Assembly (NCBI GenBank): GCA_013335095.1
Contig: JAAXWF010000003.1
Location: forward strand, 220,048-260,013
Reading direction: 5' to 3'
Source: a candidate division WWE3 bacterium
GTDB lineage: Bacteria; Patescibacteriota; 4484-211; GCA-002791395
Length of the DNA stretch: 39,966 nt
Numbering within the stretch: position 1 is the stretch's first letter; each line of letters starts with the position of its first letter. Both the position numbers and the translations under genes were made by a program. The notes under the pieces were generated by a model. The model saw only the letters and a program-made list of their open reading frames with translations, did no database searches and was not told where the DNA came from. Below, one piece after another: positions 1-10,091 of the stretch.

Positions 1-7
1 GAAAACG

Positions 8-850
8 ATGGAGTTTGGAGTTGGTGCAGTTGGATTAATTCGAAGTCGAATTGACGTATCGAGGTATTGCTATGGTTTAAGATTACTCTGGCTTGCATTT
101 ATATCACTAAAATTACAATCTGTATTATTATTTATCGCATCGTATTTAAAGAATCGTAATGGCGCAAAAACCACGTTGGAGCTTAAAAACGGTATTCGTG
201 TTGAAGCCAGAAATCATACCAGTGATATGGGGGAAACCGTTAATATCCTTTCTGGAAAAGAATATAATGAAATAGATCGATATTCAAAGATACTAAATCA
301 TCCGCTTATAATTATTGATGCGGGAGCAAACATCGGTCTATTTACATTATTTATTGCACATAAATACACTCTAATAACTTCCTATCTAATCGAACCCGAT
401 GCTGAGAATGTAAATCAACTCCGGACTAATCTTGAGTTAAACCACTTAACTGACCGAGTTCATATTTTTGAAAATGCGCTTTATATGCAGACTAAAAAAG
501 TCTCATTTAATAGTAATGCTGATCATTATTCAAAACATGTTATTTACGATGATGAGAGCAATACATCCACGGTAGATGGAATATCGTTCGTTGATTTTGA
601 TAGTCAATGCGCATTGGAATCGATTGATATTTTAAAGCTCGATATTGAAGGAAGTGAGTGGGATCTATTAACGCCGGAGAATTATGCAGTATTTAATAAA
701 GCAGCTCTCATTATTATTGAATATCATTTAGATAAAAATCCAAGAAAATTAGAAATATCAGACATATCTAATTACTTTGAAAAAGATTATGAAATATATC
801 ATCAAAAAAAAGATGAACGAATTGGCTTAATTTATGCTAAAAGAAGATAA
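8..850 (+). CDS. FkbM family SAM-dependent methyltransferase (start uncertain; frame is open to the window edge)
   Basis: IIDAGANIGLF SAM-binding motif, IEPD and ILKLDIEGSE motifs typical of FkbM (Methyltransf_21). Confidence 0.9.
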   Translation: MEFGVGAVGLIRSRIDVSRYCYGLRLLWLAFISLKLQSVLLFIASYLKNRNGAKTTLELKNGIRVEARNHTSDMGETVNILSGKEYNEIDRYSKILNHPLIIIDAGANIGLFTLFIAHKYTLITSYLIEPDAENVNQLRTNLELNHLTDRVHIFENALYMQTKKVSFNSNADHYSKHVIYDDESNTSTVDGISFVDFDSQCALESIDILKLDIEGSEWDLLTPENYAVFNKAALIIIEYHLDKNPRKLEISDISNYFEKDYEIYHQKKDERIGLIYAKRR

Positions 851-1691
851 CAATACTATTTCTATTATTATTAGAACACTCAACGAAGAAGAGAATATTT
901 TGAAATGTCTAGATTGTTTATCTAGTCAAACTCTCTTACCAAACGAAGTTTTAATTGTAGACAATGGATCAACTGATAAAACACTAGAATTAATTCATCC
1001 TAACCAATATTCGTTTCCAATAAAAATTATTAAAATTACTGAAAATGGTTTTACGCCTGGTTTAAATAAAGGTTTCGATAAATCCGTTGGGCAATTTATA
1101 GTTTTTATTTCAGCGGACTGTTATGCAAATAGTAACTGGTTAGAGAGTTTACTAACAACTCAATCTAAATATAACGCTGATGTGGTACAAGGAAATGAAA
1201 TTGCAGCTCCTCCAAATGATATTCATTTTGTAATAAATTACTTTAGGAAAGTACAAGATCAAGCAGTGGACGAAAAAATAGTTTTTTTCAATAATACAAA
1301 CACATTGTATAAACGGGGAACATTGAGCAAATTTATGCCTTTTAAAGAAGAGAAAGGTCGTGGAGGCGAAGGTGGAGAAGATACATTAATGTCTATTGTG
1401 TATGCTGAAAATGGATACACTGCGTATAAATCTGCAGATGCAATTGTTAATCACAATATGTTTCCCAATTGGGATGATTTTAAAAAACGGGCTTTGAAAC
1501 ATGGGAAAACAGCATTCTTTTTATTTCAAAAACAACCTTTGCATCCACGTATTTATCTTAATGCTTACTATTGGTCATTAAAAGAATTTATGACATTTTT
1601 GGTTACAGGGGATCGACGTTTTTATCATGTGGCAAAAGAACGATTTAAAAATAATCTGAGAGGTTTGGTTAATGTAATAATAAAAAAATGA
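834..1691 (+). CDS. Glycosyltransferase family 2
   Basis: ISIIIRTLNEE...VLIVDNGSTDKT, variant DxD (SADC), GEDT motif. Confidence 0.9.
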   Translation: MLKEDNNTISIIIRTLNEEENILKCLDCLSSQTLLPNEVLIVDNGSTDKTLELIHPNQYSFPIKIIKITENGFTPGLNKGFDKSVGQFIVFISADCYANSNWLESLLTTQSKYNADVVQGNEIAAPPNDIHFVINYFRKVQDQAVDEKIVFFNNTNTLYKRGTLSKFMPFKEEKGRGGEGGEDTLMSIVYAENGYTAYKSADAIVNHNMFPNWDDFKKRALKHGKTAFFLFQKQPLHPRIYLNAYYWSLKEFMTFLVTGDRRFYHVAKERFKNNLRGLVNVIIKK

Positions 1692-2755
1692 AAAATATAA
1701 GTGTTGTCTCTTTCGCAGATATTAGATGTCCTCGAAATGGTTACCATATTAGAACGAGGTACATGATTAATAAATTAGTTCAACGAGGTTATAAAGTTAA
1801 CGTGTTTCAATTGTCTTATAACAGCGATACGGCGATTTATAAAAGAATTGCTATATACAATTTAAGAACATCAAAAAAGAAAAAAACAATAGTCGATAAG
1901 GTTCTTGTAAGATTGATGGGTGTTAACCCCTTAAGATCCGTTGTTACTATCGTTAAGAGTTACTTTCTTATTAAAGAAAAAGAATCGGTATTTCGAAAAT
2001 CAAAGATTGTCTTACTCAGCGGTTGCTTAATGATTGGTGGTTATTTAAATTCAAAGCGAAATAATCAAAGAATTATAGTCGATACTCATTGCATTAATAC
2101 TGATATTGCTTTAAAAATGATGCGTTCAAAATTTATTATCGGCTCATTACGATTGCTATTCTGGTTTTGGATTGAATATATATTTTTCAAATCAGCACAC
2201 AGAATTATCGTTATATCAAAGGAAGACAGGGATTTCACTTTAAAACATTTTCGTATAGACAAAAATAAAATAATTGTAATCCCTCATTCCATTAATGAAA
2301 AACTGGAAATAGATAATAATAATCTTGTTAAAATAAAACATAAATTTAACAGACTTAACAATTTAGTTTGTTTTGTTGGTGATTTAGGTGCTATTCATAA
2401 CGCGGAGGCAGCTAAATATATTATAGATAAATTGTCTAAGAGCTGTTCCGATGTTAACTTTATGATAGTAGGCAACAACCCTAACGAATTAACGAATCGA
2501 GAAAATGTATTTTTTACAGGATATGTAAAGAACTTAGATTCTTATATTTCGGCATCAACTATTTGCATAGCCCCATTAGCATATGGTGGAGGAGTAAAGA
2601 CGAAAGTTCTTGACTATCTAAAAAATAACAAATTAACATTATCGACCCCGATTGGTGCTGAAGGTATCAATGTATATGACTATCCCAATTTAGTAATTGC
2701 TGATCTCAACGAATTCGCTAATAAGATAAAGGAACTCCTTAAAATAAATAAATGA
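1688..2755 (+). CDS. Glycosyltransferase family 4 (GT-B)
   Basis: C-terminal FTGYV...IAPLAYGGGVKTKVLDYL...STPIGAEG typical of Glyco_trans_1_4; 4-bp overlaps with both neighbours. Confidence 0.85.
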   Translation: MKNISVVSFADIRCPRNGYHIRTRYMINKLVQRGYKVNVFQLSYNSDTAIYKRIAIYNLRTSKKKKTIVDKVLVRLMGVNPLRSVVTIVKSYFLIKEKESVFRKSKIVLLSGCLMIGGYLNSKRNNQRIIVDTHCINTDIALKMMRSKFIIGSLRLLFWFWIEYIFFKSAHRIIVISKEDRDFTLKHFRIDKNKIIVIPHSINEKLEIDNNNLVKIKHKFNRLNNLVCFVGDLGAIHNAEAAKYIIDKLSKSCSDVNFMIVGNNPNELTNRENVFFTGYVKNLDSYISASTICIAPLAYGGGVKTKVLDYLKNNKLTLSTPIGAEGINVYDYPNLVIADLNEFANKIKELLKINK

Positions 2756-3963
2756 AAATATTATATTGTCCTGTCCATTACTGGTTTGATGAAATACAAG
2801 GCGGCTCTGAACTCGCGTGGTCATATAATATTGCCCATCGGATAGCTTTACTGAATGATACTTCTATTATTGTTACTGGCAAAACTAATTTAAAAGATAC
2901 TCCACGCTATGTAATCCAAGAGATACAAAGTTCTAAAACGACCTTGGATATGAGTCCAACTAATGCGGTTAAATTCATGTTCGCTTATACAGTGTTCATG
3001 AGAAGGTTCTTGAAAAATGCAAAAGTAGATTTGATTCATCATGTCCTTCCATTTGGTATCGATCGAACTTTCAATATTTATTCAATAATGAAACGAGAGA
3101 TGCCAGCTCCATATGTAATTGGCCCTTTGCAAAGTCCATTAACAGTTGTTGACTACGATATGGATTCTAGTAACTTAAGAGATTATGGCGGAGTTAAATC
3201 AACAAGTTTTGCTATAAAAATAAATTTTCTATCAATTTTTAAAAAACCACTTAGATATTTATCAAGGTTAACATTATTGAAGTCTGATCAAATAGTAACC
3301 ATTGATATAAAAACACGTAATCTACTTATAGAAGCAGGAATTCCTTCGAATAAAATTACAATAATACCGCCAGGCATAGATACAAATCGCTTTATCCCCC
3401 ATGATAATAGCAACGAGGAGATTATAATCATTACTACAGGTAACTTAATAAAAAGAAAGGCAGTTGAAAAGCTTATTTGGCTGGTCTCTCAGCTCGTAAA
3501 TATAAATAAACCAGTTAAGCTCATGATCGTTGGTGATGGGCCCGAAAGGAATAACCTTGTGAAGCTCGTTAACCAGTTAGGTCTATGTGAAAAAGTCATA
3601 TTTGTTGGTCATGTTTCAAACGACAAAATACATGAATATTATTCAAAGGCTCATATATTCATGAGTTTAAGTATTTCTGAAAGTTGGGGACAAATGTACT
3701 TAGAAGCACTTTCAAGTGGTTTGCCAATTATTACCGTAGATAATGGTGGTAGTGCCTCAATCGTTGACCACGGAATCAATGGATATATTTTTTCACAAGA
3801 TGATTATCAAAATCTTTTACATTTTTTAACTTTATTAGTTAATAATGATGAATTAAGAAATAAAATGTCTATAGAAGCACGTAAAAAGGCTATAGAAAAG
3901 TTTGACTGGGACAAATCGATCATCCCACAGTATTTAGTTTTATATAATAAACTAATCAAATAG
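2752..3963 (+). CDS. Glycosyltransferase family 4 (GT-B)
   Basis: IIPPGIDT, IVGDGPER, ESWGQMYLEALSSGLPII (E-x7-E motif). Confidence 0.92.
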   Translation: MKILYCPVHYWFDEIQGGSELAWSYNIAHRIALLNDTSIIVTGKTNLKDTPRYVIQEIQSSKTTLDMSPTNAVKFMFAYTVFMRRFLKNAKVDLIHHVLPFGIDRTFNIYSIMKREMPAPYVIGPLQSPLTVVDYDMDSSNLRDYGGVKSTSFAIKINFLSIFKKPLRYLSRLTLLKSDQIVTIDIKTRNLLIEAGIPSNKITIIPPGIDTNRFIPHDNSNEEIIIITTGNLIKRKAVEKLIWLVSQLVNINKPVKLMIVGDGPERNNLVKLVNQLGLCEKVIFVGHVSNDKIHEYYSKAHIFMSLSISESWGQMYLEALSSGLPIITVDNGGSASIVDHGINGYIFSQDDYQNLLHFLTLLVNNDELRNKMSIEARKKAIEKFDWDKSIIPQYLVLYNKLIK

Positions 3964-3988
3964 ATATCTTTACTTTAAATTCCAAAAA

Positions 3989-6900
3989 ATGCAGATATTA
4001 TTAAGTCTACTACTCTCAATTCTCACATTTTCTAGATGGTTTGTATTTAAAACATTAACTTTTGGTGATTGGGGGTATTTATTCAATAAGACGTTAATAG
4101 AATGGTTCAATCTACCCTTTATCTGGAATTCACAAAGCGGACTCGGAAGTGTTAATTTAACAGCGTCCTCTTGGTTTATCAATGCGATGTTTGGGTTAGT
4201 TGGGTTCTTATTTAATACCGATTCCTGGCTCTCAGATAAGTTAATTTATATGATTCCAATAGCGATCATGTTACCTTTTTCAAGTTATTTTTTAATGGGA
4301 TTATGGATTAAAAATAAATGGTCGCGAATGATTGGATCGATAGTTTATTCGTATAATACATACTCGTTATTACTTTCATCTAACCATCTAACATTATTAG
4401 CCGCATATTCAATAGCACCTCTTTTTTTGCGTTTCTTCATAAGTCTTTTTGATAATCCTACTTTCCTTAAGATAATATTGACAGCATTAATTGCTGGAAT
4501 ACTTAGTTTCTATGATTTTAGAGTGTTATACATATTATTTGGGGTTTGCTTTATTTATTATTTATTCAATATTTCATTCGCTAAAAACAAAATAAAAATC
4601 ACAATATATTCTGCTTTTACATTAGTAATCGTAGGTCTCTACCATATCTACTGGATATTGGGTCTAGCTAATCAGGGTTCGATTACTGAAAATGCAATTT
4701 TCAGTAGAGGATTATTTGGTAGTTCATTTATGGATATTGAACAGTCTCTTACCTTGTTTCACCCTTTTTGGACTGGTGGATTACCAGCAGACTTTATCGT
4801 ACAGCCGATACCCCTATATTTGTTTTTAGTTCCAATAATAGCATTTACTTCATTTATGCTATTTCCTAAAAATAAAAATGTATTATTTTGGGTAGTTATT
4901 AGTTTAGTTGGAATATTTTTGACAAAACAAGAATCAATTCCATTTAGGAATGCTTATTTATGGTTATATCATTATCTTCCTGGGTTTAATGCCTTTAGAG
5001 AAGCAAGTAAGTTTTATTTATTAATTTCATTGGGATTCAGTGTTTTAATTGCATATACGACTGATTATATTTTAGTAAGGAAGAATAAAATCCTTAAAGT
5101 TACGTATATAGCTATCGTTGTTGGAATTTTTGGGATAAATATAGTTCCTCTAATTACAGGCAAGATTGATTCGCTGTTCGTTCCACGAACCATTGATAGC
5201 GACTATCAATTAGTGGCGAATAATTCTATTAATGATAACCGATATCATCGAACATTATGGGTACCATCTAATGTTAAATGGTCATTTTATTCATATCAGC
5301 ATCCAATACTATCTGCAGTGGGCTTAATGAATGGTCCTTTAGAACAATTTATGTTAAGCAAATCGATCGGCGTGCGTTTACCGATACAGAATCAAATCAC
5401 CGAATTGTTCAAGTATTCATATTCCGATAGGATTTTAGATTCATCATCTATACAGTATATATTCATACCCACCGAAGATTATAAGAACAATAGTAATATT
5501 TTTAAATTTTATGGTTATGATCGGCAATTTTACATAGATAGTCTCGATAATATTCCATACATTTCCAAAACGAACTCGTCACTTAATGAGCTAATAAAGT
5601 ATGAAAATGCTAACTCAGAAAATTATTTCTGGTCTGACACACAATTTTTCCAATTAGTAAAAGATGATAATTTGGACCAAACATACCATTTTGTAAGCAA
5701 TCGTTTTGATCAAACGGCTGATTTTACAACACAAATTGGTGCGAACATCAATTCATACTACATTAAAGACGTTTTTGGCTCAACCAATTACCCGGAAATA
5801 TCTAATAAAAAGATAGAAAAAAACCTACAATCTGCTAGTGCATTATCTAGTATTTATTGGAATACGGGTATGTACAACATTTTCATCGAATTGAAAAATA
5901 ACTCATTGAATGTAAGCAAAAAAATAGAAAAAGCTTTAAGAATAAATAATAAAGAGCTCAGTTTGAGTGACTCTGAGTCAATCAATCTATATTCACAGAC
6001 AGTAGATACAAATAATGATTTTTTTATACGAACTGGAAATACAATTACAAAAGTTAACGACAATAATCCAATAGATCTTGGAGTCATAAAAAAAGATATA
6101 ACTATTTATCAATCTCAGTCAACTAATTTGATCGAAAATCCATCCTTTGAAGATGGACCATGGTCAGACCGCGTAGGTGACTGTAATGCATATGACGATA
6201 ATGCAAATATAAAAATGGAAGTAGTAAATGATTCGATAGATGGGGCCTCATCTTTAGGCCTTTCTTCTATGAACCATATTGCCTGCACCGGAACCCCAAT
6301 GATACCCACTGAACCAGGTGAGTATGTATTGTCATTTAGTTACAAAAGTAATGATGCAAGGCAAGCCGGTTACTATTTGGGGTTCAGCAACGAAGATATA
6401 CCAGCAATCTCCAAGAGATTGCCGATAACATCTTCAGATTGGGTTAATTTTAGTACGCAAATATCAGTTAAACCTGAAGCTAGTGGTATTCGCTTAACTA
6501 TTTATGGATACCCAACAGATGAAAAAGAATATATCGAAACTCTGTATGACAACTTCAAATTAGTCAAAGTTACTCAAATCGCAAATTTAAATCCCAATTA
6601 TATTGAAAATTATCAAAAATTTATCCTTGAAAACAAATCTGATTACAATATTACATATTACGATGATAACTTTTTGGGTAAAAATAACATACGAAATGCA
6701 TCGTTTGAAACAGGACTTTGGCAAAATTCGGTCGGTGACTGCAATGCGTATGATGATAATGGTAAATTAGGGTTCGGTCTCGATACTGATGAAAAATCTG
6801 ATGGTGATTCATCCCTACGTCTTGAAGCTACTCGTCATACGGCATGTACAGGACCAGGTTTACTCAATGTTTCAGAGGATAAATCCTACTTATTTAGTTT

Positions 6901-7648
6901 TGATTATCAATCACCGAATGCTGAGCAGGTAGGGTATTATCTCGGATTTAACGATGATAATAACTCAATAAATAGCCGCCAAATTCCTGTAGAAAATCAA
7001 AAATGGAATACTTTTAATAAAATAATCAAAGCACCATCGGGAGCGACTGCGGTATCTCTGACCGTATATGGATACAGTAAGGATGATAAAACTAACGTTA
7101 TCACTCGTTACGATAACTTTCACCTCATTGAATTGCCAGATATCGAAGATCGGTTCTATCTTGTGAGTGAACCTGATAAAAAGCTAGAACAACCTAGAGA
7201 TATTCAATTTCAACTGATTAACCCTACACTAAAAACCGTACAAATAACTGCTGCATCAACACCTTTCTACCTAAACATGAGCGAAGCATATCATCCACAA
7301 TGGCAAGCACAAATCGAAAATACAAAAAACACTGGATTTTGGAACAGTTGGTTGCCATTTGTTAAGCCAGATCGAATCGAAGACGATAAACATTACAAAC
7401 TTAATAACTTCTTAAATGGATGGTATATCGACACTCAAGAAATTTGCAACAATAAATCGCTATGTACCCAAAATGATGATGGAACATACAACATCAAATT
7501 ACGAATAGAATTCTTTCCCCAACGCTGGTTTTATTTGGGATTGCTCATTTCGGGCACAACCCTGGTAGCTTGCTTAATGTATCTGTCGATAATCGGAGGG
7601 AAAACATTCTATAAAAAAATCCGGGAGCACAGGGCTCCCGGTGGTTGA
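3989..7648 (+). CDS. Large polytopic membrane protein (GT-C/AftD/YfhO-like N-terminus) with two carbohydrate-binding (CBM4/9-like) repeats and a C-terminal TM helix
   Basis: About 11 hydrophobic segments in the N-terminal ~390 aa with PGFNAFREASKF; two N-x-I-x-N-x-SFE-x-G repeats; SEAYHPQW and NGWYI motifs before the final TM. Confidence 0.7.
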   Translation: MQILLSLLLSILTFSRWFVFKTLTFGDWGYLFNKTLIEWFNLPFIWNSQSGLGSVNLTASSWFINAMFGLVGFLFNTDSWLSDKLIYMIPIAIMLPFSSYFLMGLWIKNKWSRMIGSIVYSYNTYSLLLSSNHLTLLAAYSIAPLFLRFFISLFDNPTFLKIILTALIAGILSFYDFRVLYILFGVCFIYYLFNISFAKNKIKITIYSAFTLVIVGLYHIYWILGLANQGSITENAIFSRGLFGSSFMDIEQSLTLFHPFWTGGLPADFIVQPIPLYLFLVPIIAFTSFMLFPKNKNVLFWVVISLVGIFLTKQESIPFRNAYLWLYHYLPGFNAFREASKFYLLISLGFSVLIAYTTDYILVRKNKILKVTYIAIVVGIFGINIVPLITGKIDSLFVPRTIDSDYQLVANNSINDNRYHRTLWVPSNVKWSFYSYQHPILSAVGLMNGPLEQFMLSKSIGVRLPIQNQITELFKYSYSDRILDSSSIQYIFIPTEDYKNNSNIFKFYGYDRQFYIDSLDNIPYISKTNSSLNELIKYENANSENYFWSDTQFFQLVKDDNLDQTYHFVSNRFDQTADFTTQIGANINSYYIKDVFGSTNYPEISNKKIEKNLQSASALSSIYWNTGMYNIFIELKNNSLNVSKKIEKALRINNKELSLSDSESINLYSQTVDTNNDFFIRTGNTITKVNDNNPIDLGVIKKDITIYQSQSTNLIENPSFEDGPWSDRVGDCNAYDDNANIKMEVVNDSIDGASSLGLSSMNHIACTGTPMIPTEPGEYVLSFSYKSNDARQAGYYLGFSNEDIPAISKRLPITSSDWVNFSTQISVKPEASGIRLTIYGYPTDEKEYIETLYDNFKLVKVTQIANLNPNYIENYQKFILENKSDYNITYYDDNFLGKNNIRNASFETGLWQNSVGDCNAYDDNGKLGFGLDTDEKSDGDSSLRLEATRHTACTGPGLLNVSEDKSYLFSFDYQSPNAEQVGYYLGFNDDNNSINSRQIPVENQKWNTFNKIIKAPSGATAVSLTVYGYSKDDKTNVITRYDNFHLIELPDIEDRFYLVSEPDKKLEQPRDIQFQLINPTLKTVQITAASTPFYLNMSEAYHPQWQAQIENTKNTGFWNSWLPFVKPDRIEDDKHYKLNNFLNGWYIDTQEICNNKSLCTQNDDGTYNIKLRIEFFPQRWFYLGLLISGTTLVACLMYLSIIGGKTFYKKIREHRAPGG
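6125..7126 (+). repeat. Intragenic tandem domain duplication (~146-148 aa units at 6125-6562 and 6683-7126)
   Basis: NLIENPSFEDGPWSDRVGDCNAYDD...HIACTG...GYYLGF...LTIYGY...YDNFKL versus NNIRNASFETGLWQNSVGDCNAYDD...HTACTG...GYYLGF...LTVYGY...YDNFHL. Confidence 0.9.
7613..7641 (-). terminator. Intrinsic terminator, array unit 1
   Basis: CCGGGAGC-acagg-GCTCCCGG (7621-7641) with A7 on + (U-tract on -); lies inside the last codons of the 1219-aa gene. Confidence 0.85.
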
Positions 7649-7658
7649 TGCGAAACGA

Positions 7659-8402
7659 CTAGGCATTATCTGCTTCGTCGATCTCCTCCAGTGTTACCAG
7701 GTAGTTTCCCTTGGCTGCGATTTCGATCTGGATAAAAGCGAAATGCCTTTCGCTACTTGCCTCTGGGCAAGTCCAGTCGTGAATCACATAACCAGACGGA
7801 TCGACCAGCGTCAATCCGATGTGATCATTGCAAATCTCGATCGTCATGGTAGCGTCTGTCTTTGACGGATCCCATGACAATGGACGTTCGATAATAATCC
7901 GATAATTCAGGCTCGCCATGGTACCCAAAGCTCTGGAACCATAGTTATACTGAAACCGGATCCGGTGCGGGTGCATTCTCACCGCGCATTGGGTCAGCTC
8001 GCTCCGGACTGCAGCAAGAATCGCCCCTGAATCGACTGTCGTTCGTGGTCGAGTACTATGCGATGTCACGCTGACGCCGCTGGGCATGATGATTCGAAGA
8101 CAAGCCGTTACGACATCGAATGGAATAATCTCATCGAACAGCTCGACCATCTTCAGCATGCGTCCGACCTCATCGTACGTCATGTAAAGGACGTGCTGTC
8201 GATGCTCACCGACGAACACAAACGCGTGCGTCGTCGTACAGATTCCGCTCTTTTCAGCATGAACGACGGTTACCGACTCGTACATACCCCCGTCCTGCGC
8301 GAAAACCAGCGCGGCTGTGGGTGGCAGAAAGCCAGCCATTGGCTGCACTGCGACGTTGAGTAACTGCTCAATCCGTTCCATTTGACTCTGGGCTGCACCC
8401 AT
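7659..8402 (-). CDS. Array gene 1: two-domain hypothetical protein, paralog of 10092-10832
   Basis: SD AAGGAGCGCCCT-ATG; C-domain HPHRIRF..NY...LNYRIIIERPL..DP..T.ATMT; collinear with gene 5 over its whole length. Confidence 0.85.
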   Translation of the reverse strand: MGAAQSQMERIEQLLNVAVQPMAGFLPPTAALVFAQDGGMYESVTVVHAEKSGICTTTHAFVFVGEHRQHVLYMTYDEVGRMLKMVELFDEIIPFDVVTACLRIIMPSGVSVTSHSTRPRTTVDSGAILAAVRSELTQCAVRMHPHRIRFQYNYGSRALGTMASLNYRIIIERPLSWDPSKTDATMTIEICNDHIGLTLVDPSGYVIHDWTCPEASSERHFAFIQIEIAAKGNYLVTLEEIDEADNA

Positions 8403-8486
8403 AGGGCGCTCCTTTCACTCTCATGAAAGACCGATAGTGTAATTATAGCATAGGAAAAAGTAAAACCGGGGACATTAAGCCCCCGG
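8403..8486 (-). promoter_or_regulatory. Intergenic module: terminator + extended -10 + CTATCGG box + SD
   Basis: Hairpin 8466-8486; TGCTATAAT (8442-8450); CTATCGG (8431-8437); AAGGAG. Confidence 0.85.
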
Positions 8487-8504
8487 ACAAGAGAAAAATC
8501 TTAA

Positions 8505-8939
8505 CTACTCGATATACCCAACCGCACGGGCGATCAATTCGCTCATCACGATGGACTGATTAGTCTGTTCAATCGCCAAGGACACGATTCCGGCACTGGG
8601 GAATACCCCAAGAATCCATCCCAGTAAATCGTCGGCACACTCATAAGCACATACAGCATGTGCTATCAGAATCCCATTGCTGTACCGAAGTATCATTTCG
8701 GCCGCGAGATCGTAAAGGGAAATGGTCATGGTTGCGACCGTAATGGGCGGATGATCAGTTAACGGACGTTCGATCACAATCTGATAAATCAGATCCGAAA
8801 CCTCCTCGGCTTGTGGCGCATTATTAAAAAGAACCCGAACTCGATGAGGATGACCAACTACCTGATTAGTGGTAAGTTCGGCCACAACCCGTTCGATCAT
8901 ACCATCCATTGAGACTGCAGTTAGATCTGCACCAGACAT
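8505..8939 (-). CDS. Array gene 2: single-domain hypothetical protein
   Basis: SD GAGGAG; GHPHRVRVLFN...LIYQIVIERPL...ATMTI...LLGWIL....AGI matches the C-domain of genes 1 and 5. Confidence 0.85.
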   Translation of the reverse strand: MSGADLTAVSMDGMIERVVAELTTNQVVGHPHRVRVLFNNAPQAEEVSDLIYQIVIERPLTDHPPITVATMTISLYDLAAEMILRYSNGILIAHAVCAYECADDLLGWILGVFPSAGIVSLAIEQTNQSIVMSELIARAVGYIE

Positions 8940-9038
8940 ACCGGTCTCCTCTCGTGGTAAGTACCACTGTATCTAACTTTGAACCCAAAAGATTGTAACA
9001 TGAACAACAAAAAAACCGGGAGCAAAGGCTGCTCCCGG
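8940..9038 (-). promoter_or_regulatory. Intergenic module: terminator + extended -10 + leader hairpin + SD
   Basis: CCGGGAGCA-aaggc-TGCTCCCGG (9016-9038); TGTTACAAT (8992-9000); GTGGTA-ag-TACCAC (8954-8967); GAGGAG. Confidence 0.85.
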
Positions 9039-9063
9039 CATTGGTTTGGCACGGTCTATTTTT

Positions 9064-9441
9064 TTATTCGAAGCTGATCGCGTTGATCCCACGCGCCTTC
9101 AGAAGGCGAAGGGTCAGGTAGAGCACCTCCATCGGATTGGTGATCGGAACGGAGGTGTAACCGAGATCCTCAACGGTGGTTAGCTCGGTATAAGCCTCCT
9201 TGGAGACTATAATCTCCATCGTGTACTCACCGATATTGACAACGACAGCGCTGTCATTGTCATGAAAGATCACGATCTGGGCTATCTTGCCGGGTACAAA
9301 TCGGCAGATAACCGTTTTGACGACTTTGACGTCTTCATTTAGTGAAAAGAGTCCGAAGATGTCATCCGAACCTGTGCGGCTTGTCAAAACGCCTTGACCA
9401 AGCAACTGCTCGATCACTTCACGAGAATCTTGCGCATCCAT
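9064..9441 (-). CDS. Array gene 3: hypothetical protein
   Basis: SD AAGGAGCGTCCA-ATG; N-terminal MDA...IEQLL as in genes 1 and 5; QIVI strand; C-terminal NP.EVL...L.LL.A.GI. Confidence 0.8.
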   Translation of the reverse strand: MDAQDSREVIEQLLGQGVLTSRTGSDDIFGLFSLNEDVKVVKTVICRFVPGKIAQIVIFHDNDSAVVVNIGEYTMEIIVSKEAYTELTTVEDLGYTSVPITNPMEVLYLTLRLLKARGINAISFE

Positions 9442-9520
9442 TGGACGCTCCTTACGCTAACTAAAGACCGATAGTGTTTAGTATACCATAAAAAAACCGG
9501 GAGCATCAAATCTCCCGGTT
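9442..9520 (-). promoter_or_regulatory. Intergenic module: terminator + extended -10 + CTATCGG box + SD
   Basis: AACCGGGAG...CTCCCGGTT (9495-9520); TGGTATACT (9480-9488); CTATCGG (9468-9474). Confidence 0.85.
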
Positions 9521-9543
9521 GTAGTTTACTCACGTATCACTAC

Positions 9544-9972
9544 TTAAATGACAGAGGCATTCACATTTGCCATTTCAAGACGTACACTCCCAAGCTGAAG
9601 TTGTGCGAACATGCGAAGCGTCGTGGCAACGTATTCAGCGCCGTTTATCACGCACATGTTCATATGGGCTAGAGGATGAAAGATATCATCGCCAATCACC
9701 ACCAAGACAATGAGTTGGCGAAAAATATTGATGCTGATGCCGACCATGGACTTCTCATCCTTTGGTCTTACCACAATCCGAACAACGACGCCGCTGGTAC
9801 TGACCTCATCGTAAAATAGGCCAGTAATAACAAGCTCCCCGTGATCTCTCCGCAGTTCTTGCAGCCGATTACTCAGCGTGTATAAGAACTCCGAAATCGA
9901 ACACTCAAGTGGAAAGCAACCAAACAGACTCCCGGAGTCATTCAGGTAGTCGATCCATTGACGTGCATCCAT
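9544..9972 (-). CDS. Array gene 4: hypothetical protein
   Basis: SD AAGGAGCGTCCG-ATG; MDA start; VRIVVRP resembles the family RIVIERP strand. Confidence 0.8.
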   Translation of the reverse strand: MDARQWIDYLNDSGSLFGCFPLECSISEFLYTLSNRLQELRRDHGELVITGLFYDEVSTSGVVVRIVVRPKDEKSMVGISINIFRQLIVLVVIGDDIFHPLAHMNMCVINGAEYVATTLRMFAQLQLGSVRLEMANVNASVI

Positions 9973-10067
9973 CGGACGCTCCTTACGTATTAGACTAGAC
10001 CGATAGCACGTATTTTAACATAAATATGAAAAGAAAATAAAAACCGGGAGCATAGGACTGCCCCCGG
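9973..10067 (-). promoter_or_regulatory. Intergenic module: terminator + extended -10 + CTATCGG box + SD
   Basis: Hairpin 10044-10067 (G.U pair on - strand); TGTTAAAAT (10012-10020); CTATCGG (10000-10006). Confidence 0.85.
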
Positions 10068-10091
10068 TCAACTTATACGAACTGAATATCG

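Noticed and set aside
9970-10006. CTATCGG box pairing with the start-codon region as a translational switch
   Set aside because: Perfect ATCGG/CCGAT pairing occurs only in gene 4 and is not conserved in the other units.
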